Shown here: piece by piece, positions 59,461-64,000 of the stretch
Layout of the letters: every line of letters begins with the position of its first letter
Position numbering within the stretch: the stretch's first letter is position 1
Source of the DNA: Pyrodictiaceae archaeon
GTDB lineage: Archaea; Thermoproteota; Thermoprotei_A; Sulfolobales; Pyrodictiaceae
Assembly: GCA_027036135.1 (NCBI GenBank)
Contig: JALVSY010000007.1
Span: forward strand, 1,156,880-1,220,879
DNA: 64,000 nt
Reading direction: 5' to 3'
Notes under the pieces: model-generated
What the model was told of the DNA's origin: nothing
Database searches by the model: none
Seen by the model: only the letters and a program-made list of their open reading frames with translations
Position numbers and translations under genes: made by a program

Positions 59461-61239
59461 TTGGCCCCCAAGTCTCTAAGCGAGATAGCCACTATACTCG
59501 AGGACCTTGTTAGGCTCCCAAGGCTCGGTGCAGTAGCTGTCCAGAGCGATGGCCGCTTGCTCGCCTATGGACTCGTTGGGGAGGCTGCTAATCTTTACTC
59601 CCTTGACCAGTTCACGGGCGAGCTAAGAGAGCTCACGAAGCCAGGTGTCTATAGCTTCGCTACTAGCCGCTACAATGCACGAAGAGTTATCGTTGCACGC
59701 GATGTGTCCCGTGGCGCTGAGAAAGTAGCCCTCTACGAGCTGGACCTGGCTAGGCCCGGCGAGGAGAAGCCAGTAGAGGGCTTGGAGCCAGCCCGGCTCC
59801 TCGGAGCAGCGGACGATGGCGAGACTGCCGCGTTTGCCCTGGCTTCTGAGAAGGAGATAGCCCTCTATGCTTATCGCGGAGGCGAGGCTTGGAGGGTTGC
59901 GCAGCTCCCAAGAGTTGGCTGGGTCACCGATGTCCGTGGAGACCTTGTCGTGGGCACGGTCATGGCGGCTACTGATCCGAACGCGATGGAGATATTCATT
60001 GCCCGGGTTAGTAGCGGCGAGGTAAAGATATACACGCCTAAGGAGGGCGCTACGAGCCTAGACCCAGTCATTACCAGTAAGGGTGTATTGTTCCAGAGCA
60101 ACTACGAGGACGGGGAATTCCACCTATACCTCCTTGACCCCGGTAGCCTTGAGATTCATCGCTACGAGCCGCCCAGCCGCGACCTAGAGGAGTACAGGCC
60201 GGTGGAGTACAGCTGGTACCACGAGGCGCCTAACGGCGAGATACTAGTTATCGCCAAGAAGGAGGCACGCTCCAGGATATTCCTCGACGGCGCAGAGGTC
60301 AAGGCACCGCTGGGCACGTTTACGACAGCACTACTAGTAGCCGACACGGTCTATGCTACTTACTCCTCGCTCTCCAAGCCCACGAGGATAATTGAGATAG
60401 ACACTGTCCACGGCGGCATAAGGGAGCTATACGCCCCGAGGGAGCCAGAGTGGATGAGGAGACGACTAGGCCGCGTAACCCATACCTACGTGGAGAGCGT
60501 TGACGGCGTCAAGGTACCGGTACTCATCCTAGAGAACCCGGAGACTGGCACGCCTGGGCCAACTGTTGTACTTGTCCACGGGGGCCCATTCGCTGACTAC
60601 AGTGATAGCTTCAACATATTCGCGGCAGCGCTCGCCGGCATAGGGCTACACGTAGTAATGCCGAACTACCGCGGAAGCACGGGGTACGGCGAGGAGTACC
60701 GGAGAATGATAATAGGGGACCCGTGCGGCAAGGAGCTAGAAGACATAGTCTCTACGGCTAAGTGGGCCCGTGACAAGGGAATAGCCAGGGAGACGATAAT
60801 CATGGGCTATAGCTACGGCGGCTACATGACCCTATGCGCGCTGTTTAGGAAGCCACGCGAGTTCGAGTGCGGCGTCGCAGGAGCCTCCGTCGTGGACTGG
60901 GAGGAGATGTACGAGCTAAGCGATGCAGCATTCAAACAGTTCATAGAGGTCATAACGGCTGGGAAGAGGGAGCTGTGGAGGGAGAGAAGCCCAATAACCT
61001 ATGCAGAAAACCTCGAGAAGCCACTATGCATAATACAGCCACAAAACGATACGAGGACCCCACTCAAGCCGGTACTGAGGCTTATGCAGAAGCTACAAGA
61101 ACTAGGCAAGACCTACGAGGCCCACATAGAGCCGGGCATGGGGCACGCGATATACACTGTTGAGGACGCGGAGAAAGTACTCCTACCGGCACTACTCTTC
61201 ATAAACCGGTGCCTAGGCGCTAAGAGTGCGGAGAAATAA
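59461..61239 (+). CDS. S9 family acylaminoacyl-peptidase
   Basis: VHGGP, NYRGSTGYG, GYSYGG, NDTRTP, GHAI. Confidence 0.95.
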   Translation: MAPKSLSEIATILEDLVRLPRLGAVAVQSDGRLLAYGLVGEAANLYSLDQFTGELRELTKPGVYSFATSRYNARRVIVARDVSRGAEKVALYELDLARPGEEKPVEGLEPARLLGAADDGETAAFALASEKEIALYAYRGGEAWRVAQLPRVGWVTDVRGDLVVGTVMAATDPNAMEIFIARVSSGEVKIYTPKEGATSLDPVITSKGVLFQSNYEDGEFHLYLLDPGSLEIHRYEPPSRDLEEYRPVEYSWYHEAPNGEILVIAKKEARSRIFLDGAEVKAPLGTFTTALLVADTVYATYSSLSKPTRIIEIDTVHGGIRELYAPREPEWMRRRLGRVTHTYVESVDGVKVPVLILENPETGTPGPTVVLVHGGPFADYSDSFNIFAAALAGIGLHVVMPNYRGSTGYGEEYRRMIIGDPCGKELEDIVSTAKWARDKGIARETIIMGYSYGGYMTLCALFRKPREFECGVAGASVVDWEEMYELSDAAFKQFIEVITAGKRELWRERSPITYAENLEKPLCIIQPQNDTRTPLKPVLRLMQKLQELGKTYEAHIEPGMGHAIYTVEDAEKVLLPALLFINRCLGAKSAEK

Positions 61240-61458
61240 CACATGGATTACAGCTTTTTATGTAGCTATTTCCTCTAAGCTGGCACGCATATAGGGCTTG
61301 GAATTATTCAAATACTTTAATACAGCTATGTTTTTTCTAAGCCTTCCTTGTAGCAATTATTAGGCGGCTTAACCCATAAAAATGTCTCAGAGCAGCAAGT
61401 GCCGAAGCAGGTTCTGAGAGGAAACATAGACTGGGCATGCCAGCACGGTGAATAGCTG

Positions 61459-62705
61459 ATGGATATCGCTGACTTAGTGCTTCCGGCAGCATCAATGCTG
61501 ATAGCCATCCTTCAACCTCTCTATACAATCTATGTGGCAATAATGGCTGTTTCTCCGCTCCTACGTCCCAATACATTACGGGGGACAAAAACATACCACG
61601 GTGCAAGCATCGCTATTGTTATTCCCTTATACATGGAGCGGTTTGAGAGCATAAAGAGGAGCTTGGAATCAGTTGCTCGGCAAAGGTATCCCCGGGACAA
61701 GCTAAGAGTAATCATTGTAGTTGAGGAGGACGACGAGCTGTCAATAAAGAATTTAGAGAGAGCGCTTCGTGTCGTTCCTCTCGAGGGTATAAGGGTAGAG
61801 GTTCTAAGAACGAGTTGTAGGAAAAAGGGTGGAGGTAAGCACTGTGCTCTCAATGCTGCCCTTAACAGAGTCAAAGAGGAGATTTACCTCGTCCTTGACG
61901 CGGATGACTATGTTTCGGGGGATTATCTCGGGAAAGTAGCGTATATAGTATCTCTCAGAGGCTATACAGCAGTAACAACAAAGGTATATAGGGAGGGAGA
62001 CAACATCATAGCGAAGTTCTTGACCCTTGACACCGTGCTCTGGTACGACTTGGCACTCTACACGCTCTTCCGCATAGGCTCGTACATCCCCCTTAGCGGG
62101 GAGGGGCTTGCTGTAAAGACTAGTTATCTCCGCAGGATAGGCGGGTTCCCCGCGAAGCTAACCGAGGATGCTTATCTGGGCATGTTGCTTGCCCGTGACA
62201 AGGAGACGCTATACTACTTGGACGATGAATTTATTGTTGAGAGGGCGCCGCGCTCCTTCAGGGCGTATTATAGCAGAGGCTTAGATGGATACAGGGCTAC
62301 TTCGAGTGCTTAGCAGACTATGCTCGTCTCCTGGTGCTAGAGAGAAGACTTGGCAGGGAGTCCCTATCGTTGCTCATACCGTATTTCTCGCCGATAGTGG
62401 CAATGGCTGTTGCTATTACGCATACATTATTCATACTGTACTGGGGTGCATACATTCTCCACGCATCAACGATACTAGCCATCTATGACGCGTTGTTCCC
62501 TGCCCCTGTCTTCTACTGGGGCCTCTTCAACCTAGTAGTTGGCAACCTATTCCTACTATACCTCAGCCTCTACATGGTAAGCGATACAAGGTACTCCAGG
62601 TTGGCGCCATATGCTCTCCTCATGCCCCTTTACTGGTACCTAGTAGGCATAATAGCATTGATAGCAGTATTCGCTCCGAGGGCCTGGAGGAAGACTGAGA
62701 GATGA
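61459..62705 (+). CDS. Glycosyltransferase family 2 (processive-type), frameshifted near 62270
   Basis: KHCALN, LDADD, LTED; QRLRWIQG restored by a one-base shift, continuing into the 62334-62705 ORF to WRKTER. Confidence 0.88.
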
Positions 62706-64000
62706 ACACTAAGCAGCTACTAGGCAACGTGGCTAAGTGGTTTCACAAGTACCTGCTCCTAGGAGAGGAGGGTGACCCAGCCTCCTGGGCAATATTCCTA
62801 GTACTAGTGCTCGCCTACCTAGGCTTCAGCCTCGGCCTCGTAAAGGCTTTCGGGACAACACTCGTACTCGAGTTCACAAGGTATGCTCACGATAATGCCG
62901 CGCACCTCTACATTGCGAGAACAATTATAGATAACGGAGAATATTCACGGCTCGCGAACCTCGGCACGGTGTGGCTCCCGCTGTACCACTTAGTCCTTAT
63001 GCCCTTTACCGTCATAGACAAGCTATACGTCACGGGGCTGGCTGGCGCATTACTTAACGCGGTATTCGTCGCGACAACCGCCTCCACGATATACCTCGTG
63101 CTGCGAGGATGGCTAGGGCTAGTCTTCGCCTTCATGTATGGCTTCTCTGTGTACTCCATCATACATGCCTCGAGCAGCTACATGGTCCCCATAGGCCAGT
63201 TCCTCGCCTTCGCCGCTACCTATTACGCGCTTAGATACAACGAGACGGGCTCACTAAGAGAACTGACCAAGGCAACTGCCCTAGCAATGGCGGCCTCCAC
63301 TGCGAGATACGAGGCATGGCTAGTACTGTTAGCGATAACCCTAGCTGTGGTACTGAGAGAGGCTGGCAAGAGGAACTGGGTAATAGCCGCCTACGTCCCA
63401 GCCATGTGGCTTGGTGTGGTTGGCTGGCTCATTTACAACTGGGCCATATTCGGCAACCCATTAGAGTTCATAGTGGGTGTTTTCCCGGTGCCTCCGGGTA
63501 CTATCTCCAGCTCATCAATTATCTCACACATCCATGGCTCATTGATAGCAAGCTAGTAGTCAGCGTCGTGGCTTACTTGGCTGGGCTCACAGCCCCCGTA
63601 TACCTCGTAGCCGTACTAGTAGTGGATTTACTCGGCTTGGCTAAGAAGGGAGATCTGCGCAGGCGCCTAGCTCGCATCTCACTACTCTATCTGCCACTAG
63701 TACTGCTCCTAATCGCTCACAAGGGCCTCCTCATAGCCGATATCCCGCTATACTTTTACTTCCTATCTCCATGGATCTATGCCGCCAGCGGCGAGCTAGT
63801 CAAAAAGGTCGCCACTGGTCTAAAGGAGTACAGAGGAGCACTAGCTGCACTAGTGCTCTTACTAGTCTTTACAGCTGGCTTCGTGGTGCAGGATACAAGA
63901 GAGTTCCACGAGCTACGGACAAGCTTGGCAATAGGGGGAGCAGTGCTCAAGTGACAAAGGATCAACATAGCAAAAATAGTTAAAGCGTGGCGCGAGGCTG
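62702..64000 (+). CDS. Multi-pass membrane glycosyltransferase (GT-C, PMT/ArnT-like), frameshifted near 63480 and 63950, runs off window end
   Basis: DNAAHLYIAR, VWLPLYH, RYEAW, FGNPL; continuation in ORF 63316-63954. Confidence 0.7.

Noticed and set aside
7236-63968. Numerous antisense ORFs rich in Ser/Ala/Arg overlapping confident genes
   Set aside because: Typical reverse-strand shadows of GC-rich coding sequence; no motifs or RBS support.
1-64000. tRNA, rRNA, CRISPR array, IS element or integrase
   Set aside because: No cloverleaf or T-loop signature, no regularly spaced direct repeats and no transposase or recombinase motifs were recognised by eye.

Overview
Gene-dense archaeal DNA, most likely from a hyperthermophilic crenarchaeon. 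Pyrodictiaceae/Desulfurococcales is an inference from the CTAG-rich sequence, TATA-type promoters, archaeal shikimate kinase, CTP-dependent riboflavin kinase and AlaX-S. Most of the window is housekeeping, transport, peptidase and glycosylation genes, plus four toxin-antitoxin-like pairs. No rRNA, tRNA, CRISPR array or transposase could be supported. Two regions stand out. (1) A ~6 kb accessory island between aroA and aroK (~900-7000) holds three short Cys-rich reading frames, two missed by the ORF track and one fused in it to the downstream gene. Two share a TCxxCxxC...CxxxC motif and the third is a decayed version; each sits directly upstream of small multi-pass membrane proteins. This looks like an array of orphan antimicrobial-peptide/immunity cassettes, flanked by Fic/Doc and HEPN-MNT modules. 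(2) An eight-gene cluster (47309-54839) combines a vWA + Ser/Thr kinase + PP2C triad (TerY-P-like) with Roadblock, double zinc ribbon, SRPBCC-like, PATAN/DUF2226-like, TusA-like and degenerate MBL-fold (ODP-like) domains, suggesting an uncharacterised phosphorylation signalling system. At least seven genes carry single-base frameshifts, which more likely reflect assembly errors than real pseudogenes. All family calls are by motif recognition only; no searches were run.
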